Shown here: positions 29,454 to 38,557 of the stretch, one piece after another
How positions within the stretch are numbered: the stretch's first letter is position 1
Layout: each line of letters starts with the position of its first letter
Assembly (NCBI GenBank): GCA_034667685.1
Contig: JAXDQU010000106.1
Coordinates: forward strand, 1 to 64,000
Source: Thermoplasmata archaeon
GTDB taxonomy: Archaea > Thermoplasmatota > SW-10-69-26 > JACQPN01 > JAJPHT01
Direction of reading: 5' to 3'
Length of the DNA stretch: 64,000 bases
Notes under the pieces: generated by a model
Told to the model about the DNA's origin: nothing
The model's database searches: none
The model's input: only the letters and a program-made list of their open reading frames with translations
Program-made: the position numbers and the translations under genes

Positions 29454-30225
29454 GCCTGATATCATCCTGGAGACGGTGGACCTCGCGAGGCGCTTCGGGG
29501 GCCTCCAGGCCGTCGACGGCGTGAGCCTCCGGGTCCGGCGCGGCACGCTCACCGCGATCATCGGCCCCAATGGCGCGGGCAAGACGACGTTCTTCAACCT
29601 GCTCGCGGGCAGCCTCCGCCCCCACGCCGGCCGCGTCCTCTTCGAGGGCGTTGATATCACGCGTCTCCCCCCGCACGCGCGCGCCCGGCGCGGCATCGCG
29701 CGCACCTTCCAGCTCACCCGCGCCCTCTCGCGCATGAGCGTCCGCGAGAACCTCATGCTCGCCCCCGACGCCCAGGCCGGCGAGCACGCCTGGGGCCCGC
29801 TCTTCGCGGGACCGCTCGTGGCGCAGCAGGAGCGCGCGCTGCGCGAGAAGGCCGACGCCATGCTCGACCTCTTCGCCCTCACGCGCGTCGCCGACGACTA
29901 CGCGGGCTCGCTCTCCGGCGGCCAGAAGAAGCTCCTGGAGCTGGCGCGCGCCCTCATGCGCGACCCGCGCCTCGTGCTCATGGACGAGCCCATGGCCGGC
30001 GTCAACCCCACGCTCGCCCGCAAGCTGCTCGACCGCGTGGAAGAACTGCGCCGCGACCGCGGCATCACCTTCGTCCTCGTCGAGCACAACCTCGAGGCCG
30101 TCTTCGAGCGCTGCGATCCCATCATGGTGATGGCGGCCGGCAGGAAGCTCGTGGAGGGTGACGCGGCGACCGTGCGCGCGCATCCGCAGGTCATCGAGGC
30201 GTATCTCGGCGGTGAAGCCGCTTGA
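29443..30225 (+). CDS. livG: Branched-chain amino acid ABC ATPase
   Basis: GPNGAGKTT, RTFQ, LSGGQ, DEP, VIEAYLG. Confidence 0.92.
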   Translation: MASEPDIILETVDLARRFGGLQAVDGVSLRVRRGTLTAIIGPNGAGKTTFFNLLAGSLRPHAGRVLFEGVDITRLPPHARARRGIARTFQLTRALSRMSVRENLMLAPDAQAGEHAWGPLFAGPLVAQQERALREKADAMLDLFALTRVADDYAGSLSGGQKKLLELARALMRDPRLVLMDEPMAGVNPTLARKLLDRVEELRRDRGITFVLVEHNLEAVFERCDPIMVMAAGRKLVEGDAATVRAHPQVIEAYLGGEAA

Positions 30226-30247
30226 CGCTCGGCCCGCTCTCTTCCAG

Positions 30248-30315
30248 CCACAGAGGACACGGAGGTCACAGAGGCGACTCTTCTCGTCCCTCTGTGACCT
30301 CCGTGTCCTCTGTGG
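30248..30315. repeat. Perfect 27-bp inverted repeat with 14-nt loop inside liv operon
   Basis: CCACAGAGGACACGGAGGTCACAGAGG (30248-30274) and exact reverse complement (30289-30315); arms built of 9-nt CAC(A/G)GAG units. Confidence 0.95.
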
Positions 30316-30339
30316 ATGGCGTGAAGCAGGGGGCCGCGC

Positions 30340-31062
30340 ATGCCTGACCCGGTGCTATCAGCCGAGGGCATCGTCGCGGGCTACGGCGAGTTGAACATCC
30401 TCCAGGGCGCCAGCGTCGAGGTGTACGAGGGCGAGCTGGTCTGCATCCTCGGACCCAACGGCGCCGGCAAGAGCACCATGCTCAAGGCCATCGCGGGGCT
30501 GCTGAAGCCGCGCGGCGGCACGGTCGCGCTCCTGGGCAAGGAGATCACCGGCCACGCGCCCGACAAGCTCGTGGGCGAAGGGCTCGCCTACGTCCCGCAG
30601 GTCGCCAACGTCTTCCCCACCATGACCGTCGACGAGAACCTCGACATGGGCGCCTACCTCCTCCCGCCCGCCGAGATCCCCGAAGCCAAGCGCCGCGTCC
30701 ACGAGCTTTTCCCGGTGCTGCGCGAGCGCGCCGCCGAGCGGGTGGGCCGCATGAGCGGGGGCCAGCGCCAGATGGTCGCCATCGGCCGCGCGCTCATGAC
30801 GGAGCCCGCCGTGCTGCTCCTCGACGAGCCCAGCGCCGGCCTCGCGCCCAACCTCCAGGACCTCGTCTTCGCCCAGGCCCGCGCCATCGCCGACGCCGGC
30901 ACGCCGATCCTGCTCGTCGAGCAGAACGCCAAGAAGGCGCTGCTCAAGAGCGACCGCGGCTACGTGCTCGACCAGGGCAAGAACGCCTACACTGGGACCG
31001 GCGCCGAGTTGCTGCACGATCCGAACGTCGGGAAGCTGTACCTGGGCGACCGGCCGACGTGA
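30340..31062 (+). CDS. livF: Branched-chain amino acid ABC ATPase
   Basis: GPNGAGKST, MSGGQRQM, DEPSAGLAP, VEQN. Confidence 0.92.
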   Translation: MPDPVLSAEGIVAGYGELNILQGASVEVYEGELVCILGPNGAGKSTMLKAIAGLLKPRGGTVALLGKEITGHAPDKLVGEGLAYVPQVANVFPTMTVDENLDMGAYLLPPAEIPEAKRRVHELFPVLRERAAERVGRMSGGQRQMVAIGRALMTEPAVLLLDEPSAGLAPNLQDLVFAQARAIADAGTPILLVEQNAKKALLKSDRGYVLDQGKNAYTGTGAELLHDPNVGKLYLGDRPT

Positions 31063-31161
31063 GCGGGCGCACGCGCGGCATCACTCCTTGGCTGCCGGCT
31101 CTCCGACTCCAGCCACAGAGGACCAACCGCGAAACGCCCCGCCGTCGTGGAGGGGAGCCGC

Positions 31162-31773
31162 TCAGAACCCGAGGTTCGCGGTCGGCTTGTCGCGCGCCTC
31201 GCGGGCGTACTGCACGAGGGCGCCTTCGACGACGCGCGTGAGGAAGCAGTTGCTCTCCGGCACGTTCTCGAAGGTCACGTCGGACTTGAGGCGGTCGATG
31301 GCCGCGATGGCGCCCGCGTAGTCCCAGACGGCCTCCTCGCTCAGGTCCGGCCGGAACACGCACGGCATGCCGACGAGCGCGAGGCCGTCCACGAGGTCGC
31401 CCGAGTAGATCGGGTAGGCCGGGTGGTGGAAGTGCAGGATCGTCGTGAGCTGCGGGAGCGTCAGGCCCTCGGTGCCCGCGAGCGCGAGGAGCGGCTCCAC
31501 GTCGGGATAACGGATCGTCCGCATGATGCGCGCGATCTTGTCCTCGACGTCCTTCTTGCCCAGCGCGGGGACCTTGCCCTGCTGGCGGAACTCGAGCAGG
31601 TGGTTGTTGAAGTCGCCGTGCGCGGGCGGGTGGAGCGCGTAGATGAGCTTCTCGTAGGCGTCCGCCTCGCGCGCCTGGTTGGCCCAGAAGAGCGGCTTGA
31701 GGCTCGCGAGGAACGTGGGCTCGGCGAGATAGCGTTTCGGCGCGAGGCCGCGGGCGCCTCCCGTGACCTGCAT
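31162..31773 (-). CDS. Hypothetical protein, weak HhH-like motif
   Basis: GLTLPQLTTILHF..P.YPIY segment; co-oriented with upstream diiron gene. Confidence 0.55.
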   Translation of the reverse strand: MQVTGGARGLAPKRYLAEPTFLASLKPLFWANQAREADAYEKLIYALHPPAHGDFNNHLLEFRQQGKVPALGKKDVEDKIARIMRTIRYPDVEPLLALAGTEGLTLPQLTTILHFHHPAYPIYSGDLVDGLALVGMPCVFRPDLSEEAVWDYAGAIAAIDRLKSDVTFENVPESNCFLTRVVEGALVQYAREARDKPTANLGF

Positions 31774-31776
31774 GGC

Positions 31777-32889
31777 CTACTTCCCCTTGGGCGCGATCCA
31801 GTCGTTCGTCTTGAAGACCTCGGCCAGGCGCGCCTCGTCCTGCGCGCTGGGCAGCACGCTGGCAAGGTAGTCGGCGTAGGCCGCGTCGGTGCCGTGGAAG
31901 GGCTGGCCGTCCACGGAGAACTTCTGGCCCTCGTACTGGCCGATCTTGCGGTTGAACTTCAGCGAAGGCGCGACGAGGTGGGGCTCGCCGGGCTTGACGA
32001 CGGTGTTGAGCTGGTCGACGAGCTCCACGCACTCGTTGTAGTAGATCGTGCGGTTGTAGTCGTTGAGCGTGCGCTTGTCGACCGGGTCCTCGGTCTCCAG
32101 CTCGTTGAAGCGGCACTTGATGCCCCAGACGTAGGCCCAGTGGGCGGTGCTGCTGGCGTCCTTGCCGAAGAGGTCGTAGGCGGTGGGGACCCAGTGGTTG
32201 AAGTACTTCTGGAGCAGCGTCGTGGGGATCTTGCCCGCCTGGACGACGCGGCGCAGGCCCGTGTGGCCCGTGCCGAGGTGGAACGCCTCCTCCTTGAGCA
32301 TCGGTCCCATGCTGCGCGCGAGCGGCGAGAAGGCGCTGCGGCTGAGCATCTTGAGCTGGTACTTGCCGTCGCGGTCGACGAACTCGGTGAAGACGAAGAA
32401 GTCGAGCCAGTGGCGCACGGGCTCGTTGAACGAGCCGAGCAGGCGCTGGTTGTCCCAGCTGCGGCGCTCCAGGAGCTTCGCGGCCTCGGTCTTGCCCGTC
32501 TCGCCGAAGTGGTTCACGAGCAGCGTCGCCATCTGCCAGCCGTGGCGCATCTCCTCCGAGTTGACGCGCACGAGGCTCTTCAGGTCGTAGTCGCTGGGCG
32601 CGGTGTTGACGAGCGCGCGCTGCTGCTCGACGCTGGCGAACTCGGTGTCGCCCTGGTAGACGATCAGCGAGAGGAGCGCGTCCTTGACCTGCTGGTTGGG
32701 GATCTGCGCGAAGGTCTGCCACTTGGGGCGGCCCTTGTAGTCGCCGAACTCGATGACGGGCGAGTCCTCCTCCGCGAACTTCGATTCGAACTGGAAGTCG
32801 CCCAGCAGCGTGGTGTCGTAGCCGATGTCCTTCTGCCACTGGTGGAAGAGGTCGACCCAGTCGTCGAACGTGGACACGGACTTCGCCAT
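31777..32889 (-). CDS. BoxB/PaaA-like diiron aroyl-CoA epoxidase subunit
   Basis: QGDTEFASVEQ, EEMRH, DRDGKYQL, EEAFH: two ExxH diiron motifs resembling BoxB. Confidence 0.8.
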   Translation of the reverse strand: MAKSVSTFDDWVDLFHQWQKDIGYDTTLLGDFQFESKFAEEDSPVIEFGDYKGRPKWQTFAQIPNQQVKDALLSLIVYQGDTEFASVEQQRALVNTAPSDYDLKSLVRVNSEEMRHGWQMATLLVNHFGETGKTEAAKLLERRSWDNQRLLGSFNEPVRHWLDFFVFTEFVDRDGKYQLKMLSRSAFSPLARSMGPMLKEEAFHLGTGHTGLRRVVQAGKIPTTLLQKYFNHWVPTAYDLFGKDASSTAHWAYVWGIKCRFNELETEDPVDKRTLNDYNRTIYYNECVELVDQLNTVVKPGEPHLVAPSLKFNRKIGQYEGQKFSVDGQPFHGTDAAYADYLASVLPSAQDEARLAEVFKTNDWIAPKGK

Positions 32890-33066
32890 GAGAATCCCTT
32901 GCGCCGCGATTCCTTGGCCGAGGCTATAGGGGTTGCGGCCGCCCGGCCCGGAGTGTGTTGGTGGCAACACATTCATGGTCTGGCGTCTCGTGCGCACGAA
33001 CGCTGCGCGGCCGCTCCCGAGGCGCCCGTGGGACCAGCCCGCCGCAGGCGCCGGACGCGAGAACCC

Positions 33067-33294
33067 ATGCCATCCCGCACGCTGAACGTCACGCAGGAAG
33101 CCTACGACCTGTTATCAGCCCTGAAGGGCCCGAACGAGAGCTTCACCGACGTCATCAAGCGCCTCGCGGGCGAGCGCTCGCTCCTCGACGTCGTGGGCGC
33201 GCTGGACGAGGCGCAGGCCGCGAAGCTGGAGGCGCGCGTGGAGTCGGCCCGCGAGCGCGCGCGAAAGCGGCGGCAGAAGCAGCTGAGGGTGTGA
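33067..33294 (+). CDS. vapB: VapB-type antitoxin (archaeal DUF217-like)
   Basis: TLNVTQEAYDLL..LK..NESFTDVIKRL; precedes PIN gene. Confidence 0.85.
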   Translation: MPSRTLNVTQEAYDLLSALKGPNESFTDVIKRLAGERSLLDVVGALDEAQAAKLEARVESARERARKRRQKQLRV

Positions 33295-33298
33295 GACG

Positions 33299-33694
33299 AT
33301 GGCGCTGGCCGACACGCTCTTCCTGCTGGATCTCATGCGCGGGCGCGAGCGCGCCGTCGCGATGCTCGAGGCGCTGGAGGACGAGGGCGAGGCCATCCTG
33401 CTCGCGGCGCCCACGCTCGCCGAGTTCCACCGCGGCCTGGGCACGCTGGCGCTTCCCGCCGCGCAGCAGCGGCGGCTCGTCGAGGCGGTCCACGGCCGCG
33501 TCGTCCTGCCGCTGGACGCGGCGGCGGCGCGGCGCGCGGGCGAGGTGGACGCGCAGCTCTGGGCGCGCGGCGAGGCGATCGACCCCGAGGACGCGGCGCT
33601 GGCCGGCATCGCGCTGACGCGGGACCAGGTGCTCGTGACGCGCAAGGCGCGCGAGCTGGGCCGCGTCCCGGGGCTGAGGCTGCGGACCTACTAG
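33299..33694 (+). CDS. vapC: PIN-domain toxin VapC
   Basis: ADTLFLLD, TLAE, DAALAGIAL, LVTR. Confidence 0.85.
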   Translation: MALADTLFLLDLMRGRERAVAMLEALEDEGEAILLAAPTLAEFHRGLGTLALPAAQQRRLVEAVHGRVVLPLDAAAARRAGEVDAQLWARGEAIDPEDAALAGIALTRDQVLVTRKARELGRVPGLRLRTY

Positions 33695-33738
33695 CTTCCG
33701 GCCACAAGCGGCATGGCGCCTCGCGCCGACCGCGCCGC

Positions 33739-34707
33739 GTGCCGCGCGTCCGCCCGTTGGACCTGCTCAAGCGCGCCCTGAAGGAGTGGGGCGAGGACAA
33801 GGCGCCCAAGCAGGCGGCCGCGCTCGCCTACTACAGCGTGTTCGCCCTGGGGCCCTTGCTGCTCGTGTGCGTGCTCGTCGCCGCGCTGGCGGTGGGCCGG
33901 GAGGCCGCGCAGCAGGCGATCCTCGCGCCCTTCGCCCGCCTCACGGGGGACGCGGGCGCGCAGGCGGCGGGCGACATCCTGCACGGCGCCGGTCCGCGCG
34001 GGTCGAGCCTCGTGGGCATCGCGACGGGGGCGGTCGCGCTCGTGCTGGGCGCGATGGGCGTCTTCACGCAGCTCAAGGAGGCCTTGAACACCGTCTTCGA
34101 GGTCGCGCGCAAGCCGCGACGCGGGCTGCGCGCCAAGATCCGCGGCGCCGTGCGCGACGACGCGCTCTCGTTCGCGGGCGTGATGACGGGCGCCTTCCTG
34201 CTCGCGGTGACGCTCGTGGTCTCCGCCGGCATCGCGGCCCTCGCCGGGTGGATCGACGCGCTCCTGCCCGGAGGCGCCGCGCTGGGGATCGCGCTGGAGG
34301 CCGTGCTCGCGCTCATCGTGCTCACGCTGCTCTTCGCGGCGCTCTTCAAGCTCGTCCCCGACGTGAGGATCGCCTGGCGCGACTCCTTCGTGGGCGGCGC
34401 CGCGACCGCCATCCTCTTCGTCGCGGGCCAGGCGCTCATCGGCGTCTACCTGGGCCGGAGCGGCTTCGCGGCGCGCTACGGGGGCGCCGGCGCCGCGCTG
34501 CTGATCCTGCTCTGGATCTACTACTCCTCGCTCATCCTCGTCTTCGGCGCGGAGCTCACCCAGGTGTACGCGAACCTCTACGGCCGGCGCGTCAAGCCCG
34601 CGCCCAACGCCCGCTCGCTCCAGGAGCAGGTGCTCGACGAGCACCGCGGGCCGGATCGCGAAGGCACCGAGGGACGGCCGGTGAGCCGCAGGCGCCCCGC
34701 TACTTGA
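33739..34707 (+). CDS. YihY/virulence factor BrkB family membrane protein
   Basis: AAALAYYSVFALGP, YG.AG, LLWIYYSSLILVFGAE. Confidence 0.92.
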   Translation: MPRVRPLDLLKRALKEWGEDKAPKQAAALAYYSVFALGPLLLVCVLVAALAVGREAAQQAILAPFARLTGDAGAQAAGDILHGAGPRGSSLVGIATGAVALVLGAMGVFTQLKEALNTVFEVARKPRRGLRAKIRGAVRDDALSFAGVMTGAFLLAVTLVVSAGIAALAGWIDALLPGGAALGIALEAVLALIVLTLLFAALFKLVPDVRIAWRDSFVGGAATAILFVAGQALIGVYLGRSGFAARYGGAGAALLILLWIYYSSLILVFGAELTQVYANLYGRRVKPAPNARSLQEQVLDEHRGPDREGTEGRPVSRRRPAT

Positions 34708-35248
34708 TCAGCGCCTGCACGGCCTTGAACTGCGGATGCTCCTTGCCGCCCATGAGCTCGAAGAGCGCCATCTCGACGTTGCTCGGCTCCGCGCCGTGGC
34801 GGCGGGCGCGCGCGAGGCCGCTCTCGCGGTTGGCCGGGTCGCGCGACCCTACGGCGTCCTCGACCACGTGGACGGCGTAGCCCGCTTCGAGAAGGTCGAG
34901 CGTCGTCTGGAGGACGCAGATGTGCGCCTCGATGCCCGCGACGAGGACGTTGGGCCTCCCCGCGGCGCGGATGCGCGCCGCGATGCTCGGGTCGCCCGCG
35001 CACGAGAAGCTCGTCTTCTCCAGCACGCCGCCGGCCGCGTCCACCGCCGCGCGAAGCTCGGGGATCGTGTGGCCCAACCCCTTCGGGTACTGCTCGGTGA
35101 CCATGACCGGCACGCCCAGGAGACGCGCCCCCTCCGCGAGCGCGGCCGCCTTCTGACGCAGCGCCGCGTCGCCGTGGATCAGCGGCTGAAGGCGCTCCTG
35201 CATGTCGACGAGAAGCAGCAGCGTGTCGTCCGGATGGAGGCGGGACAT
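34700..35248 (-). CDS. Isochorismatase-family hydrolase
   Basis: VDMQERL, TEQYPKGLGHT, KTSFSC, GIEAHICVLQT. Confidence 0.92.
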   Translation of the reverse strand: MSRLHPDDTLLLLVDMQERLQPLIHGDAALRQKAAALAEGARLLGVPVMVTEQYPKGLGHTIPELRAAVDAAGGVLEKTSFSCAGDPSIAARIRAAGRPNVLVAGIEAHICVLQTTLDLLEAGYAVHVVEDAVGSRDPANRESGLARARRHGAEPSNVEMALFELMGGKEHPQFKAVQALIK

Positions 35249-35299
35249 GGGTGCGGCAGGTCGTCCGCGCGGCATCATGGTTTGTCCTCGCGGCTCGGC

Positions 35300-35500
35300 C
35301 GGCTCCGCATGCGACGCGGCGACGGACGCGACGCGCGCGACGGCGGGCTTCGGTCGTCCATGCTGACCTCGGTGTGAACCCGACGGCCCGATGACCAGAC
35401 TTTCACCCCGGGTTCTCGGGTTCGCGGGTCCTCGGGTTCCGCCAAGGTCACCAGCCCCGCGTCGCGCGCGTCGCGCCCGTCGCCGCGTCGCATGCGCAGC
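35300..35500. repeat. Nested inverted-repeat element, family copy 2
   Basis: 37-bp outer arms 35306-35342/35460-35496 with 1 mismatch; inner TGACC..GGTCA stem and CGGG-spaced units shared with 19459-19676. Confidence 0.88.
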
Positions 35501-35546
35501 TGCGAAGCGTCGGCGCGGACCCGCCCCGACGAACAGCTTAAGGGAC

Positions 35547-37580
35547 ATGCGCATCGTGCCCGCTCTCGTGAAGGCAGGCGCCCAGCACGAGGAGCCCTGG
35601 ACGGTCGAGCGCGCGTTGCAGTTCTACAACGTCGAGGGGTGGGGCGCGTCGTTCTTCACCATCAACCCCAACGGGAACCTCTGCGTGACGCCCTACGGCC
35701 AGCCGGGGCCCGTCATCGAGATCATGGACGTGATCGAGGACGCGCAGGAGAAGGGGCTCGGCTTCCCGCTGGTCATCCGCTTCAACGACATCCTGCGCAC
35801 GCGCGTCGTGAAGCTCAACGACAAGTTCCGCGACGCCATCGCGTCGAACGGCTACAAGGGCGGCTACTTCGGCGTCTATCCCGTGAAGGTCAACCAGCTC
35901 CGCGAGGTCGTCGAGGAGATCCTGGACGCGGGCGCGCCCTACCACCACGGGCTGGAGGCGGGCAGCAAGCCCGAGCTCTTCGTCGCGCTCGCGCTGAACA
36001 CCGATCCCGACGCGCTCACCATCTGCAACGGCTACAAGGACGAGGACTACATGCGCCTCGCGCTCTCGGGCCGCAAGCTGGGCCGCAAGGTCATCGTCGT
36101 CATCGAGAAGCTCAGCGAGCTTCCGCTCCTGCTGCGCGTGGCGGCCGAGATGGGCGTCGAGCCGCTCATCGGCCTGCGCGCGAAGCTCACCACGAAGGGC
36201 GTGGGCAAGTGGGAGAAGAGCAGCGGCGACTTCGCCAAGTTCGGCCTCACCATCCCCGAGCTGATCGAGGCCGTCCGTCTCCTGAAGGAGGCGAACAAGC
36301 AGGACGCGTTGAAGCTGTTCCACTTCCACGTGGGCTCCCAGCTCACCGACATCCGCACCATCAAGGACGCCGTGAAGGAAGGCGCGCGCATCTACGCCAA
36401 GCTGCGCAAGATGGGGATGCCCGTCGAGTTCTTCGACATCGGCGGCGGCCTCGCCGTGGACTACATGGGGAGCCGCAACACCGACAACAGCAGCACCAAC
36501 TACACGCTCGACGAGTACTGCGGCGACGTCGTGTACAACGTGCAGCAGATCTGCGAGAGCGAGGAGGTCCCCGTCCCCAACCTCGTCTCGGAGAGCGGCC
36601 GCGCGCTCACGGCCTACCACTCCTGCATCATCATGAACGTCTTCGGCAACATCGAGATCGGCTCGCCCAAGGTGGCCATCCCGACCAACGCCGAGGAGTT
36701 CGGCGTCGAGATCGTCAAGCAGATGCGCGAGATCGTCGATGGCGTCACGCCCAAGAGCGCGCTGGAAAGCTATCACGACGCCACCGCCAAGAAGGACGAG
36801 GCGCTCGACGCCTTCCGCCTGGGCCTCATCGGGCTGGAGGAGCGCGCCGCCGTCGAGGCGATGTTCTGGGAATTGATGAAGAAGCTCGTCCCGCTCACCA
36901 AGAAGATGCGCCGCGTCCCCGAGGACCTCCAGGACATCGAGACGAAGCTCGCCGACCAGTATCTCGCGAACTTCTCGCTCTTCCAGAGCGCCCTCGACCA
37001 CTGGGCCTTCGACCAGCTCTTCCCCGTCATGCCCGTGCACCGCCTCGACGAGGCGCCCACGCACGAAGCCACGCTCGTGGACATCACGTGCGACTCCGAC
37101 GGCAAGATCGACGAGTTCGTCGGCCCCGAATCCAGCGCGCCCACCGTGAAGCTCCATGATATCAGAGGCAACGAGCCCTACTTCATCGGCATGTTCCTCA
37201 CCGGCGCCTACCAGGACATCATGGGCGACATGCACAACCTCTTCGGACGCACCAACGAAGTCCACGTCTTCGTCGACGACGAGGACCCCGAGGACTTCTA
37301 CCTCGAGACCGTCATCCCCGGCGACATCATCAGCGACGTCCTCGCCCGCGTCCAGTACGAGCCGCGCGAGATGCTCCGTCGGGTCAAGACCGCGATCGAC
37401 GCGCGCGTCAAGGACCCGCAGTTCCCGCTGAAGCCCAAGGACGGCGTCGCCATCATGGACTTCCTGGAGCAGACGCTGCGCAGCTACACGTACCTCCTGC
37501 CCATGAGCGCGGACGGCAGCGAGCGCATCACGCCCGCCGCGGTCAAGGCGCTCGAGGCGCCCAAGACCGAGCGCGCATGA
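35547..37580 (+). CDS. speA: Biosynthetic PLP-dependent arginine decarboxylase (bacterial type)
   Basis: YPVKVNQ, EAGSKPEL, CNGYKD, HFHVGSQ, ESGRA, TCDSDG, HNLFG; true start may be GTG 35568. Confidence 0.95.
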   Translation: MRIVPALVKAGAQHEEPWTVERALQFYNVEGWGASFFTINPNGNLCVTPYGQPGPVIEIMDVIEDAQEKGLGFPLVIRFNDILRTRVVKLNDKFRDAIASNGYKGGYFGVYPVKVNQLREVVEEILDAGAPYHHGLEAGSKPELFVALALNTDPDALTICNGYKDEDYMRLALSGRKLGRKVIVVIEKLSELPLLLRVAAEMGVEPLIGLRAKLTTKGVGKWEKSSGDFAKFGLTIPELIEAVRLLKEANKQDALKLFHFHVGSQLTDIRTIKDAVKEGARIYAKLRKMGMPVEFFDIGGGLAVDYMGSRNTDNSSTNYTLDEYCGDVVYNVQQICESEEVPVPNLVSESGRALTAYHSCIIMNVFGNIEIGSPKVAIPTNAEEFGVEIVKQMREIVDGVTPKSALESYHDATAKKDEALDAFRLGLIGLEERAAVEAMFWELMKKLVPLTKKMRRVPEDLQDIETKLADQYLANFSLFQSALDHWAFDQLFPVMPVHRLDEAPTHEATLVDITCDSDGKIDEFVGPESSAPTVKLHDIRGNEPYFIGMFLTGAYQDIMGDMHNLFGRTNEVHVFVDDEDPEDFYLETVIPGDIISDVLARVQYEPREMLRRVKTAIDARVKDPQFPLKPKDGVAIMDFLEQTLRSYTYLLPMSADGSERITPAAVKALEAPKTERA

Positions 37581-38557
37581 TCCGGGAGCGCCTCGCCCGC
37601 GAAGCGCCCATCCGCGTGCGCGACGCGATGAAGATGTGTCTAGACGCCTACTAGGGCGGCGGCCGCCCCATTGGGGCGGCCGGAGATTTCTACACCGCCG
37701 CCAACGCCTCGCTCTTCAGCCACGCGATGGCGCGCTTCGCCCACGCGGCCGCGGAGCGCCTCGAAGGCGCGCGCATCGTCGAGCTGGGCGGCGGCACCGG
37801 CATCCTCGCCGCCACGCTGGACGCGCCCGTCACGATCGTCGAGCCCCATGCCGGCATGGCCGCGCAGCAGAAGGCGCGCGGGCTCCACGTCGTCGCCTCG
37901 CTGGACGACCTGCGCCCGGCCCCCACCATTTTCCTCGCCAACGAGGTGCTCGACGCGCTCCCCGTGCACCGCCTGCTCGGGACGGCCGAGGGCGTGCGCG
38001 AAGGCTACCTCGACGCGGACCTGCGCGAGGTGCCGGGCCCCCTCTCGCCCGAGCTGGCCGAGGCCGCCAAGCGCCTCGAGCATCTGCTTCCGGAAGGCGC
38101 GGCGGCGGAGGTGTGCCTCGACGCGCAGCCGCTCCTCGCGCAGATGGCCCGCGCCGCGCCGCGCGGCTACGCGCTCTTCCTCGACTACGGCGACGCGCCC
38201 GAGAAGCTCAACCCGGCCGGCACGCTGCGCGGCTTCCGTGAGCACCGCGTCGTCCCCCCCTTCGAGGCGCCCGGCGAGCATGATATCACGGCCGACGTCG
38301 ACTTTCCGTGGATCGCCACGCTCGCGCAGCGCGAAGGGTGGCGCCAGCACGCGACCACGCGCCAGCGCGACCTCCTCGCCGACCTCGGCCTCGTGGAGGA
38401 CATGATGGGCGCGATGTCGCGCGGCGACCACGCGGCCTACCTCGCGGGCAAGAACCTGCTCGTCGGCATGGGCGAGCGCTTCGGCGCGCTGCTCCTCGCC
38501 CGCGACGCGCCGCTCGATCCTCCGCTGCCCGGCTTCCGCGCGAGGGGCCTGCGATGA
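37577..38557 (+). pseudogene. MidA/NDUFAF7-family SAM-dependent methyltransferase interrupted by in-frame TAG at 37652-37654
   Basis: ATG overlaps speA stop; frame continues through TAG into GDFYTA, ELGGGTG, NEVLDALP, DYG, DITADVDF; TAG aligns to YY of downstream paralogue. Confidence 0.75.

Noticed and set aside
27030-31062. Missing substrate-binding protein in the liv cluster
   Set aside because: livK homologues are often encoded elsewhere; not unusual
7861-35500. CRISPR array among the repeats
   Set aside because: Repeats are inverted or short-unit, with no regularly spaced direct repeats with unique spacers and no cas genes
37652-37654. Genome-wide TAG recoding (pyrrolysine-like)
   Set aside because: TAG ends several conserved genes at their expected C-termini (sucD, etfA, livH, hutH); only one internal TAG was seen and no pyl genes are in the window
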